Assembly (NCBI GenBank): GCA_016192345.1
Contig: JACPUH010000082.1
Coordinates: forward strand, 12,025-76,024
From: Ignavibacteriales bacterium
Lineage (GTDB): Bacteria > Bacteroidota > Ignavibacteria > UBA10030
Direction: 5' to 3'
Length of the DNA stretch: 64,000 bases
Shown: positions 19,959 through 29,750 of the stretch, piece by piece
Position numbering within the stretch: the first letter of the stretch is position 1
Layout: each line of letters starts with the position of its first letter
Position numbers and translations under genes: made by a program
The notes under the pieces: generated by a model
The model's input: the letters and a program-made list of their open reading frames with translations, nothing else
The model's database searches: none
What the model was told of the DNA's origin: nothing

Positions 19959-20117
19959 ACCATCTCCTGCTTTCGTCGTTAACTCTTAGGGATAGTTGTT
20001 CAATGTTCGTGCCAGCGCATCGATGCGGAAAATCCCTTAAAAATCGGATCGAAACGGGGTGGAGGGTGTACGGTCTTACGGGGAGAACGTTCAGAATTGT
20101 GAACGGAGTGAACTACC

Positions 20118-20153
20118 CAGGAAAAGGGGGATGCGCGAGGCGCCCCCCCTTCC
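20118..20153 (-). terminator. GC-rich hairpin plus U-tract downstream of pyrC
   Basis: Minus strand reads GGGAAGGGGGGCGCCTCGCGCATCCCCCTTTTCC. Confidence 0.35.
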
Positions 20154-20162
20154 CCAGGGGAA

Positions 20163-21446
20163 TTACAGAAGGAGGAGTTTCCTGTTATTGAAGATCCCCG
20201 TGGCTTTTCCCTTAAGGGTTGCACCGTGAAAGGGAGAATTTTTTGACTTGGATTTAAACTGGGAAACATCGACCGCCCACACGCGCTGCGGATCGACAAA
20301 TGTAAGGTTTGCCATTTCTCCTTCAGCGATCTTCACGGCCGGCAGTGAGAGGATGGTCCGCGGGTTGGTCGAAAGCTTTTCGACGAGTTGGTGCAAGGTC
20401 AACACCTTTGTCTCGACAAGTCCCGTGATGGAAAGGCCGATGGCCGTCTCGAGTCCCACGACACCGAACGGGGCCTGCGTATACTCCACTTCCTTTTCAT
20501 CGATCGTATGCGGAGCGTGGTCGGTTGCGATGACATCGATGGTTCCATCCTTCAACCCCTCTTTGACAGCCTCGAGATCCTCCCGCGTACGCAGGGGCGG
20601 GTTCATTTTCGTATTCGTATCAAATGATTCCACCACGGTGTCGACCAGGGAGAAATGATGCGGTGTGACCTCGCTGGTGACGTGAAGGCGTTCCTTCTTC
20701 GCTCCCCGTACGTGATCCACCGCCCCGGCTGTGCTGATATGCGCCACATGGTAGCGGGCCTTGGGAATATACCGGAGAAGAATAATATCCCGTGCGATCA
20801 TCAGCTCTTCCGCAACGGGGGGAATACCGGGCATGCCGAGTTTTGTGGCCGTGTACCCTTCATTCATGCAGCCACCGCATGTCATCGTCGACTCCTCGGC
20901 GTGCTGGATGATGGGAATACCATACATCGAAGAATATTCGAACGCCCGCCGCATAATCTCTGCGCTGGCGATCGGACTCCCGTCGTCGGAAAATCCCACA
21001 GCACCAGCCTGGGCAAGCTCGGCCATGGGTGACAACTCCACCCCGAGCCTTCCTTTGGTTGCAGCGGCAATGGGATAGACGTCGACCACACCATCGCAGA
21101 CCTGTTTTCCTTTTTCATGGACGTAGCGGGCAACGGATTCATCGTCGATAGCCGGGTTGGTATTGGGCATACAACAGACGGCCGTGAAGCCCCCCGCCGC
21201 GGCAGACGCACACCCTGTCTCGATCGTTTCCTTGTGTTCAAACCCCGGCTCGCGCAAGTGGACATGCATATCGATAAACCCCGGGGCGATAATCTGGTCC
21301 GTGAGATCGACCGTCGTGTACGAGCTGTCGGCCTTGACACGACTCCCCATCGACTCAATCGTTCCCTCCACAATGAGAAAATCCATCGATTCATCCCTGC
21401 CCGAAACGGGATCCAGCAGTCTTCCACCTTTCAGATGCACCTTCAT
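20163..21446 (-). CDS. pyrC: Dihydroorotase
   Basis: 'FIDMHVHLREPG' metal-binding HxH motif. 427 aa, amidohydrolase fold. Confidence 0.9.
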   Translation of the reverse strand: MKVHLKGGRLLDPVSGRDESMDFLIVEGTIESMGSRVKADSSYTTVDLTDQIIAPGFIDMHVHLREPGFEHKETIETGCASAAAGGFTAVCCMPNTNPAIDDESVARYVHEKGKQVCDGVVDVYPIAAATKGRLGVELSPMAELAQAGAVGFSDDGSPIASAEIMRRAFEYSSMYGIPIIQHAEESTMTCGGCMNEGYTATKLGMPGIPPVAEELMIARDIILLRYIPKARYHVAHISTAGAVDHVRGAKKERLHVTSEVTPHHFSLVDTVVESFDTNTKMNPPLRTREDLEAVKEGLKDGTIDVIATDHAPHTIDEKEVEYTQAPFGVVGLETAIGLSITGLVETKVLTLHQLVEKLSTNPRTILSLPAVKIAEGEMANLTFVDPQRVWAVDVSQFKSKSKNSPFHGATLKGKATGIFNNRKLLLL

Positions 21447-21458
21447 AAGAGTTCCTCG

Positions 21459-22379
21459 TCAGTTTGTCGTTCCTAAGAGATACAGCACAGCCATCCGGAT
21501 GGCAACGCCGTTTGTTACCTGTTGCAGGATCACCGAATGCTCACTGTCCGCGAGATCCGCGGAAAGCTCCACATCACGATTGATCGGACCCGGATGCATG
21601 ATGGTGATCGGCTTCGGAGCGCGGGAGACCTTTTCCTTCGTCACGCCGAAAAAGCGATGATATTCACGCATAGAGGGAAAGAGACCGCTCTTCTGCCGTT
21701 CAAGCTGAACACGCAGGACATTGAGGGCGTCGACCTTCGGAATCACTTCCTCCAGGTGATGGTAGACCTGCACGCCGAACTTTCCCAGCTCACGCGGGAT
21801 AAGCGTTTCAGGACCACAGACCGATACTTCCGCTCCCATGGTCAGTAGACCATAGATGTTGGACCGCGCCACCCTGCTGTGGGTAATATCCCCCACAATG
21901 CAGACACGCAATCCTTCGAGCGCGCCGAACTTTTCCCGCAGGGTGTACATATCCAACAGACCCTGCGTCGGGTGCTCATGGCCCCCGTCGCCTGCATTGA
22001 TCACGTTCGCGTCCACGACCTTGCTCAGGAAGTGGGCCGAGCCCGGTGCCGCGTGGCGAACGACCACCATATCGATTTTCATCGCCTCGATGTTCCGGGC
22101 GGTGTCCTTGAGCGTTTCGCCTTTGCTGACGCTGCTCGCGGCGGCGGTGAAGCTGACCACATCCGCCGAAAGTCGACGCTCCGCCAGTTCAAAGGAAATG
22201 CGGGTGCGTGTGGAACTTTCGAAGAAGAGGTTCACGACTGTTTTTCCCTGGAGCGGGGGGACTTTCTTGATCGGGCGATCGAGGATCTCCCTGAAGGAGA
22301 CGGCCGTATCCAAAATGAGAGTCAGTTCATCCTTGGACATTCCTTCGAGGCCCAGGAGGTGACGGCTATGCAATTTCAT
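21459..22379 (-). CDS. pyrB: Aspartate carbamoyltransferase catalytic subunit
   Basis: 'FFESSTRTRISFE' carbamoyl-phosphate-binding signature. 'HPTQ' motif. Confidence 0.95.
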   Translation of the reverse strand: MKLHSRHLLGLEGMSKDELTLILDTAVSFREILDRPIKKVPPLQGKTVVNLFFESSTRTRISFELAERRLSADVVSFTAAASSVSKGETLKDTARNIEAMKIDMVVVRHAAPGSAHFLSKVVDANVINAGDGGHEHPTQGLLDMYTLREKFGALEGLRVCIVGDITHSRVARSNIYGLLTMGAEVSVCGPETLIPRELGKFGVQVYHHLEEVIPKVDALNVLRVQLERQKSGLFPSMREYHRFFGVTKEKVSRAPKPITIMHPGPINRDVELSADLADSEHSVILQQVTNGVAIRMAVLYLLGTTN

Positions 22380-22936
22380 CTCTTCTCCTCCTTCGACGTC
22401 TCATCGAGATTGACCAGGTAGACTGCATCATCATCATCCGCTTCCCTCATCTTGACCTTGATCTCCTGCCTGGGGGAGGTCGGAACGTTCTTCCCGACAA
22501 AATCGGCCTTGATGGGAATCTCCCGGTGTCCCCGGTCGATCAGGACCATCAATTCGATCAGGGAGGGGCGACCAATATCCATAATGGCGTTCAGGGCTGC
22601 CCTGATCGTGCGACCTGTGAAGAGAACGTCATCCACCAGGATGAGGACCTTCCCGGTGATGTCGAAAAGGATCTCCGTGCTCTTGAGTTGCGGTTGATCC
22701 AGTTTCCCCCGCAAGTCATCGCGGTACAAGGTGATATCGAGGATCCCGACCGGAACACTGTTTCCCTCAATTTCCCCGATGGTGGCCGCAAGGCGCCGGG
22801 CCAGAAATTCCCCCCGCGTCCTGATCCCGACGATCACGAGATTCTCCACCCCCTTGTGGTTTTCCACCACCTCATGGGCAAGCCGGTTGACCGTTCGCTT
22901 AAAGCCGGCAGAGTCAATGATTTTTGATGTTGTCAT
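22376..22936 (-). CDS. pyrR: Bifunctional pyrimidine operon regulator / uracil phosphoribosyltransferase PyrR
   Basis: PRTase motif 'VLILVDDVLFTGRTIRAAL'. ATGA overlap with pyrB. Start set at an ATG with GGAG 5 nt upstream; the ORF track begins 2 codons earlier at a GTG. Confidence 0.9.
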   Translation of the reverse strand: MTTSKIIDSAGFKRTVNRLAHEVVENHKGVENLVIVGIRTRGEFLARRLAATIGEIEGNSVPVGILDITLYRDDLRGKLDQPQLKSTEILFDITGKVLILVDDVLFTGRTIRAALNAIMDIGRPSLIELMVLIDRGHREIPIKADFVGKNVPTSPRQEIKVKMREADDDDAVYLVNLDETSKEEKR

Positions 22937-22953
22937 AGGCACTCCGGAACAAG

Positions 22954-23110
22954 AAAAAAGCCTCCAGTCCGTTGGGAAAGGAGGCCATGAGCAATTAAAA
23001 ATTCAAAATGAAAAATTAAAAAAAGTAAACTGAGGAGAAACCACTTTTTACTTTTTAATTTTTCCTTTTTCATTGACGTCCTTTCCTACCTCGCTGGATA
23101 GGATTAAAGG
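22954..23110 (-). promoter_or_regulatory. pyrR leader attenuator: PyrR-binding-loop-like motif, AT-rich palindrome, intrinsic terminator
   Basis: Minus-strand leader contains 'AUCCAGCGAGGUAGG' (compare the PyrR box UCCAGAGAGGCU). Next is a 19-bp AT-rich inverted repeat (AAAAATTAAAAAGTAAA...TTTACTTTTTTTAATTTTT). Then 'GGCCTCCTTTCCCAACGGACTGGAGGCTTTTTTCTTG' lies immediately before the pyrR RBS. Confidence 0.5.
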
Positions 23111-23145
23111 AACCGCTCAAAGAACGAACCACACACCCTTTGCTG

Positions 23146-23220
23146 TGGGCGCTGCTGGGATCGAACCAGCGACCTTACGCGTGTGAGGCGTACGCTCTGA
23201 ACCAGCTGAGCTAAGCGCCC
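23146..23220 (-). tRNA. tRNA-Val (anticodon CAC)
   Basis: Reverse complement GGGCGCTTAGCTCAGCTGGTTCAGAGCGTACGCCTCACACGCGTAAGGTCGCTGGTTCGATCCCAGCAGCGCCCA, a cloverleaf with anticodon loop CTCACAC. Confidence 0.9.
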
Positions 23221-23258
23221 GAAAACGTGACCAATGTACCCAAAGAGAACCCGAAAGT

Positions 23259-23390
23259 CAAGAACGGGATTCTGAAGCGCTGTTGGGTTCTTCGGCAAAG
23301 TATTCCTTGATCTTCGCCGTCTTTCACCCGACGATCTTGACGATTCGTGCTACCGTGGCGAAATTTATTCCCCGCACAACATTAAACGTC
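23259..23390 (-). pseudogene. Degenerate duplicate of the uvrC 3' end (about 44 codons, internal stop plus 3-nt deletion)
   Basis: About 80% nt identity to 24527..24680, including a 33-nt perfect block GGTTCTTCGGCAAAGTATTCCTTGATCTTCGCC. It translates as ..FATVARIVKIVG*KTAKIKEYFAEEPNSASESRS*. Intact UvrC has ..FATEEQIAEIVGEKVAAKIKEYFAEEPVHPPESPP*. Confidence 0.6.
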
Positions 23391-23929
23391 TCCAAAATTC
23401 CATCGCATGTTTCTTGCAGATATACTCGATATAATCCGACTCTTTTCCTGACATGATCAGAGCCCGCATCCTCCAACCATCATCGTAGGCAATGAGCCTC
23501 CGAGAAATTCATTGGAGTTGTCAAACCTGACAACACCAGAACTCTTCATGATCCTCTTCCAGGAAACAAGCAAGTTTTGTTCAAAACCTGCAAACACACC
23601 ATTTGAAGATTGACCCCACTTGGTCTCGCCTCATTTCCATCTTCCCCTCTTGCAATTATCATTTGACATTTGACAATGGAACTGATTACCGGTACCTTAT
23701 TTTCACAAAAGTTCTGCCTTCAGAAAGATGATTTGTTCGCGGTGATGGAGAAACCTCTGGATTCGCAGATGCGATGAAAGAGGTTTTGTTGTTCATGCGC
23801 GGAACGATGCACTACGGGGTAAAGTTGAATCAAGACTCTTTTGAACGTACTCGAAAACATCGAGTTGCATTCGCACACCAGCCCCGACACGGATCCGCTT
23901 CGGGGCGATTTGTTCATTCAGGAGAAACC

Positions 23930-24487
23930 ATGAAACGCCTCATAGGCATCATCGTATTCCTTTTCAGTATCGTCGCATATTCTTCAAGCCAAGACCTTGG
24001 ATTGTCTGGCAATCTCTACTTCGCTCTGCAGAATTGGACAAAAGTGGGGGATGGCACAGATCCGAAGATCGGCATCGGGTTGGGCGGAACGATCGGCATC
24101 GGGCTCAACCTCGACAGCAGCATGACCGTCGCTGTGGGTCCACATTTTGCCTATAATGCATGGGGAGCGAATTATTCAGAGAAGGCAAACAGCTTTACGG
24201 AAAGTGTTACGCTGAACATGCAGGATGTCGGATTGGAACTCTCCCTGGTCTGGGATGACATCAGCATATTTATGGGCGCCGGCGAGTCAAAAATGGAACA
24301 TTTTATGACATTGACGGACGGCCAGAAGATACCGTACTATGGTCTCGACGGCAGAAGCGCGAACTACACGACCGTCGGTTTCACATTCGCCATGGCACCC
24401 TTCCTTATCGGAGCCAACGTTCACTCTTATGCCGATTTTGCGAGGGATGCAAGCCGCATCGAGTTCCGGGTAGGACTTGGCATGTGA
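23930..24487 (+). CDS. Outer-membrane beta-barrel protein (OmpA-like/OMP_b-brl family)
   Basis: Start at the ATG after GGAGA (MKRLIGIIVFLFSIVAYSSSQ, a signal peptide). Alternating amphipathic strands, Gly-rich turns, C-terminal aromatic. The ORF track starts 52 codons earlier. Confidence 0.65.
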   Translation: MKRLIGIIVFLFSIVAYSSSQDLGLSGNLYFALQNWTKVGDGTDPKIGIGLGGTIGIGLNLDSSMTVAVGPHFAYNAWGANYSEKANSFTESVTLNMQDVGLELSLVWDDISIFMGAGESKMEHFMTLTDGQKIPYYGLDGRSANYTTVGFTFAMAPFLIGANVHSYADFARDASRIEFRVGLGM

Positions 24488-24542
24488 AACCTATTTCCCG
24501 CACAAACCTTGAGGTTCAACAATAAGGAAAGGAACCCGAACG

Positions 24543-26420
24543 TCACGGGGGTGATTCGGGAGGGTGGACCGGTTCTTCGGCAAAGTATTCCTTGATCTTC
24601 GCGGCCACTTTCTCCCCGACGATCTCGGCGATCTGTTCCTCCGTCGCAAACTTCACCCCTTGTACGGAACCGAATGCTTCCAACAATTCCGTCGCGCGCT
24701 TCTTCCCGACGCCTTTGATGAGGTCCAACTCCGTCTGCAGGATCCTCTTGGACCGCAACTGGCGGTGATAGGTAATAGCGAACCGATGCGCTTCATCACG
24801 TACAGTTTGCAACAAGCGAAGGCCCGATGAGGTGCGGGGGACGTTGAGGGGCTCGGTGGCCTCTGGGAGAAAAACTTCCTCAAGCCTTTTCGCAAGGCCG
24901 CTAATCGGCACATGGGCTAGGTCCAGCTTCTGCAGCACCTCCACGGCGCTCGAAAGCTGTCCTTTCCCTCCGTCGACCATTATCAAATCCGGAAGTGAGG
25001 CCTCTTCTTCCAGTACCCTTCGGTAACGCCGCTCGATAACCTCCTGCATGCTCGCAAAATCATCCGGCCCTGAGACGGACCGAATTTTAAATTTGCGGTA
25101 CTCGCTTTTCTTCGGTTTTGCGTCGACAAAGACCACCATCGAGGCGACGGAATCGCTCCCCTGGGTATTCGAGATGTCGAAACACTCGATCCTCCGGGGC
25201 AGGCCCTTCAGACGAAGGTCGCGCTGAAGCGCCTGCACCGAATGAGGAATGAAATCGCCCCTCTTCATCCTCTGGAGCTCCAACTCCTCCAGCAAAAACT
25301 CCGCATTGCGCTTCACCATCCCTGCGAGCTTCGCCCGCTCTCCTCCTTTGGGAATTTCCAGGCTCATCGGCCCCCCACGCTTCTCCTCCAACCATCGGCG
25401 TACAACCTCCTCCGAGAGCACCGGGACTGGAAGCACCAGCTCTGAAGGAATGTCCTCGGTCTCAAGATAATAGCGCTCGATAAGACTTTCCAGGACTTCC
25501 CCCTCAGGTTTCCCCTCAACATTGCTGAGATAGAAATTCTGGCTCCCCACAACCTTCCCCTCACGCACCTTAAAGATTACTCCGGCCGCATCATCCCCGC
25601 GGATCGCGATGGCAATGATGTCGCGGTCCGAATGATGCGCATCCACTACCTTTTGTTTCTGGCCGTAGACCGTCAGGGCCTGAAGCCGGTCCCGCGTGCG
25701 GGCCGCTTCCTCGAACTTCAGATCGCCCGCAAGGTGCTGCATCTCCTGCTCGAGGGATTCGACGACGGCGTCGGCCTTGCCCTTCAGGACCTGGGACACT
25801 TTGTCGATCATCGCGCGGTAATGTTCCTGGGAAACGACCCCCTCACACGGACCCTCGCATTTCTTGATGTGGTAGTCCAGGCACAGCCGGTATTTCTTTT
25901 TGCTGACCGTCTCGGGCGTCAGGTCATAGTTGCAGCTCCTGATCAAGAAAATATCCCGCACCGTCTTCAGGGCGAACCGCATGGTCTTCACATCGGTGTA
26001 AGGCCCAAAATACCGTGAACCGTCCTTGATCACCCTGCGGGTGACAAACACACGGGGGAAGGGTTCATTCGTGATCACAATGAAGGGATAACTCTTATCA
26101 TCCTTCAGGACGACATTGTAGCGGGGCTTGAACTTTTTGATCAGGTTGGCTTCGAGGATGAGGGCCTCAACCTCGGAATCGGTCACCATCAGCTCGACAT
26201 CGGCGATCTTGGAAACGAGGGCTTCCAGTTTGGGTTCGAGGGCTCGGGGAGTGTTGCGGGGGGAAAAATACTGCCGGACGCGTGAGCGGAGGCTCTGGGC
26301 CTTGCCGACATAGATGATCTTCCCGTCGGCATTCTTGAACTGGTAGACTCCCGGCTTCGCAGGGAGGGAGTCGAGCTTTTCCGTCAGGGTGAGATCATGC
26401 CCGGTAATGTGGATATCCAT
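24543..26420 (-). CDS. uvrC: Excinuclease ABC subunit C
   Basis: GIY-YIG motif 'PGVYQFKNADGKIIYVGKA'. UvrBC-interaction and RNase-H-like domains. C-terminal HhH. Start set at MDIHITG to avoid overlap with the upstream gene. Confidence 0.95.
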   Translation of the reverse strand: MDIHITGHDLTLTEKLDSLPAKPGVYQFKNADGKIIYVGKAQSLRSRVRQYFSPRNTPRALEPKLEALVSKIADVELMVTDSEVEALILEANLIKKFKPRYNVVLKDDKSYPFIVITNEPFPRVFVTRRVIKDGSRYFGPYTDVKTMRFALKTVRDIFLIRSCNYDLTPETVSKKKYRLCLDYHIKKCEGPCEGVVSQEHYRAMIDKVSQVLKGKADAVVESLEQEMQHLAGDLKFEEAARTRDRLQALTVYGQKQKVVDAHHSDRDIIAIAIRGDDAAGVIFKVREGKVVGSQNFYLSNVEGKPEGEVLESLIERYYLETEDIPSELVLPVPVLSEEVVRRWLEEKRGGPMSLEIPKGGERAKLAGMVKRNAEFLLEELELQRMKRGDFIPHSVQALQRDLRLKGLPRRIECFDISNTQGSDSVASMVVFVDAKPKKSEYRKFKIRSVSGPDDFASMQEVIERRYRRVLEEEASLPDLIMVDGGKGQLSSAVEVLQKLDLAHVPISGLAKRLEEVFLPEATEPLNVPRTSSGLRLLQTVRDEAHRFAITYHRQLRSKRILQTELDLIKGVGKKRATELLEAFGSVQGVKFATEEQIAEIVGEKVAAKIKEYFAEEPVHPPESPP

Positions 26421-26464
26421 GCGATCACCGTACGTGGTACGAGTTCCTTCACTCCTTTGACCGG

Positions 26465-26890
26465 TTACCCTTGCTTCGGGGAGGAGGTGCTTTTTTTCTG
26501 GCTGATCTCGACCAGAACACCGTTCGTGGATTTGGGATGAAGGAAGGCCACCAGACAACCATCGGCACCTGGCCGTGGCGTTTCGTCGATTAACTGAAAC
26601 CCAAGCTGTTTGAGCCGCGCCAGTTCCCGCTCAATATCAGCCACTTCGAAGGAGACATGATGGACTCCCTCCCCCCGTTTCTCCAGGAATCGCGCGATGG
26701 GGGAATCAGGATCGAGCGATTCTGTCAACTCTACATGCGACTCTCCCAGATCGAACATCGCGGTCTTGACCTTGTGCTCGGGAAGGTTTTCATCCCGATC
26801 CGGAGCTTTGCCGAACAATTTTTGAAAAAGCGCCTTGGAGGCTTCAAGGTCCCTGACCGCTATGCCGATATGGGCAATCCCTTTGACCAT
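26465..26890 (-). CDS. Methylmalonyl-CoA epimerase / VOC (glyoxalase) family protein
   Basis: 141 aa. 'IAHIGIAVRDLEAS' and 'GEGVHHVSFEVADIE' are paired beta-alpha-beta-beta-beta modules. Confidence 0.7.
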   Translation of the reverse strand: MVKGIAHIGIAVRDLEASKALFQKLFGKAPDRDENLPEHKVKTAMFDLGESHVELTESLDPDSPIARFLEKRGEGVHHVSFEVADIERELARLKQLGFQLIDETPRPGADGCLVAFLHPKSTNGVLVEISQKKSTSSPKQG

Positions 26891-26896
26891 GAGGCT

Positions 26897-28177
26897 CTAC
26901 TCACTCAGAAGATTGAGAACCAACCCGGAGACCAGTTTTGGGAAAAAATACGTCGATTTTTGGGGCATGGTGAAGCCGGCCTTTGCAACAGATCGCACTT
27001 CTTCGATCTTTGTGGCATTCATCAGGCAGGCTATCTGTGCTTTTCCCGACTCGACTGCCGCCATGGCATCAGCGGCGTTGCGGACATAGTCAATGTTACG
27101 CTTCTGCTCCTGGGCTTCCACGGAGATGCCAAGCAAGTCACGAAGAATGACCGAATGAAGTAATGTCACATCCAACTCTTTCACCTCGAGGGGGATGTCG
27201 TCCACGACAAGCTGCGATGCGGGACTCGTCGGTTTGAGGGTCCCCAGATAGCACACCGGTTCCCCCTGGATCTTGAAACCGAGAGAACGCACCGAGGAGG
27301 AATTCAGAGCCTTGAGGAGGTCCTCAGGGTCTTTGAATTCACGGAGAATAAAATGTTGTTCCATTCTCCCCAGAAACGCTTGAGCATCGAAACCGGCCAA
27401 GGAGTGAACAATCCGATGGGTCGGATAAATGACCAGCCCCTCATCGTCGATATTGGTGAGAAACATCATGACGTAATTATACAACTCGTTGCCGGTGTGG
27501 TGCGGGTTTTTCGCCCTCATCAGATCCCTGTAGGCCAGAGCCGTTTCATAGCGGTGGTGACCATCGGCGATCAGAACCTGATTCCGTTCCATGAGTTCCC
27601 GGACCTGCCCGATTTTTTCTTCATCCTCGAGGCACCAAAGACGGTTTTGGACTTCTTCGAACATCACATCGATCACGGGCTCGGTGTGTTGATAGCCGTT
27701 CAGGACGCGATCGATGGCCTTCTCGGAATCGGGATAGAGTGAAAAAATCTGGCTCAGATTCGCATTGGTCGCGTTGAATAACTTGAGCCGATCCTCCCGC
27801 GGTTTTGCTAAAGTCTTTTCGTGGGGAAGGACGATCTTTTTATCAAATTCCTCCAGGCGGCAAAGGGCGATAAAGCCTTTTCGCACGACCTCTTTTCCGT
27901 TGGCTCCGATGAACGTCTGGGTCAATATATAGAGAGCGGGTTTTTCCTGGCGTACCAACACCCGCTTCTTCAGCCATTCCTGCAAGTGTGCGGCGGCGGA
28001 AGAGTACCGATCCTCCTCCCTCCCCAGGATGAGACGAACGACGTTGTACGGGTTGCGTTCGTACAACTTTTCCTGTTGCTCCGGGGCAATGACGTCATAC
28101 GGTGGGGCAACGACATCATCAAGGTGCGCCTTGGACCGATCATACAGGACACCGCGAAACGGTTGAATCTCTGCCAT
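26897..28177 (-). CDS. DUF1015 domain protein
   Basis: N-terminus 'MAEIQPFRGVLYD...VVAPPYDVI' matches the DUF1015 start signature. 426 aa. Confidence 0.7.
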   Translation of the reverse strand: MAEIQPFRGVLYDRSKAHLDDVVAPPYDVIAPEQQEKLYERNPYNVVRLILGREEDRYSSAAAHLQEWLKKRVLVRQEKPALYILTQTFIGANGKEVVRKGFIALCRLEEFDKKIVLPHEKTLAKPREDRLKLFNATNANLSQIFSLYPDSEKAIDRVLNGYQHTEPVIDVMFEEVQNRLWCLEDEEKIGQVRELMERNQVLIADGHHRYETALAYRDLMRAKNPHHTGNELYNYVMMFLTNIDDEGLVIYPTHRIVHSLAGFDAQAFLGRMEQHFILREFKDPEDLLKALNSSSVRSLGFKIQGEPVCYLGTLKPTSPASQLVVDDIPLEVKELDVTLLHSVILRDLLGISVEAQEQKRNIDYVRNAADAMAAVESGKAQIACLMNATKIEEVRSVAKAGFTMPQKSTYFFPKLVSGLVLNLLSE

Positions 28178-28262
28178 GCTTTTTTAGTCTCCACTCTGAG
28201 GTACGCGTTCGGCGATATGAAATCACCGGCCACGCGTATCTTCCGTTACTGTTGGCTGTGGA

Positions 28263-29174
28263 CTATGGTCCGGCCGAATAGCCGAGCTTTCGTAACCACC
28301 CTTCACTTTCGCGCCATCGCTCCCGGACCTTGACATGCAACTCCAGAAACACCGGGCGCTCCAGGAATTGCTCAATGGACCGGCGGGAACTCTGGCCAAC
28401 CTTTTTCAATGCGGCCCCCTTTGCCCCGATGAGAATTCCCTTCTGCGAAGAGCGTTCAACAACGATATCCGCATTGATAAATGTTTTTCCGGCTTCGCGC
28501 TCCTTGAACTCCGTTATCGCGACCGCCGTCGAATACGGGATCTCTTCATGGAACTGCTCGAAGATTGCCTCCCGTATCAACTCCGCGACAAAGAACCGCT
28601 CCGGGCTTTCGCTGACGATATCGGGCGGGTACAACGGGGGATGAAGCGGCATTTCCCTGATGACAGTCTTGAGAAGATCCTCCAGGTTCTCCCCCTTCAG
28701 CGCGGAGATCGGGATAATCTCTTTGAACTTCCCTTCCCCGGCAAAATGGGCGATGACCGGGAGGACCTGATCGCGCGGAACAGTATCCACTTTATTAATG
28801 ACAAGAAAGAGCGTTTTCCCGACAGCCCCCTGCTCCAGCGTCTGCCCGACCACATCAGGGAGAACCGTTCCCCTTCCGGCCTCCGTCAGGAGAAGAATCA
28901 CATCCGCATCGGCGAGGGCAGACTGCGCAGACCGGACCATCGTCTCATGCAAAAGGTATTTGGGCTGCAATAATCCCGGCGTATCCAGGAAAATAATTTG
29001 CGCATCCTCCCTGCTCAAGATCCCCAGGACCCGTTGGCGGGTCGTTTGCGGCTTGCTGGTTACGATGGAGATCTTCTGGCCGAGCAAGGCGTTGAGCAAC
29101 GTCGATTTCCCAACGTTCGGCTCACCCACGATCGCGACATAGCCCGCCCGAAATGTTGCGCTGACTGCTTCCAT
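28263..29174 (-). CDS. era: GTPase Era
   Basis: P-loop 'GEPNVGKST'. 'DTPG' and 'NKVD' G-motifs. C-terminal KH domain. The listed ORF starts at a TTG 3 codons upstream; the ATG (MEAVSA..) is preferred. Confidence 0.9.
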   Translation of the reverse strand: MEAVSATFRAGYVAIVGEPNVGKSTLLNALLGQKISIVTSKPQTTRQRVLGILSREDAQIIFLDTPGLLQPKYLLHETMVRSAQSALADADVILLLTEAGRGTVLPDVVGQTLEQGAVGKTLFLVINKVDTVPRDQVLPVIAHFAGEGKFKEIIPISALKGENLEDLLKTVIREMPLHPPLYPPDIVSESPERFFVAELIREAIFEQFHEEIPYSTAVAITEFKEREAGKTFINADIVVERSSQKGILIGAKGAALKKVGQSSRRSIEQFLERPVFLELHVKVRERWRESEGWLRKLGYSAGP

Positions 29175-29180
29175 AAGCCC

Positions 29181-29216
29181 CAAAAATAAAAAACGTTCCG
29201 CAAGGTCGGAACGGGA
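29181..29216 (-). terminator. Intrinsic terminator between glnB and era
   Basis: Minus strand reads CGTTCCGACCTTGCGGAACG followed by TTTTTTATTTTT. Confidence 0.5.
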
Positions 29217-29346
29217 CGTGTGAACCTACTGAATTATTCCGGAATATTCAATATTCGCCTCTTTCATGCCCGAGAACTCGGACAAGTCCTTCCAACGTTC
29301 TTCCGAACGGTGAACGTCGCTCCAAAGGAAACCATGGAGGAGCTTC

Positions 29347-29733
<387 letters not shown>

Positions 29734-29750
29734 TCATCGCTCCATCCCTC

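Noticed and set aside
23720-23917. 65-aa ORF in the 530-bp non-coding region between the uvrC remnant and the OMP gene
   Set aside because: It has no RBS, is Cys/Ser-rich with low complexity, and overlaps the likely OMP promoter/5' region.
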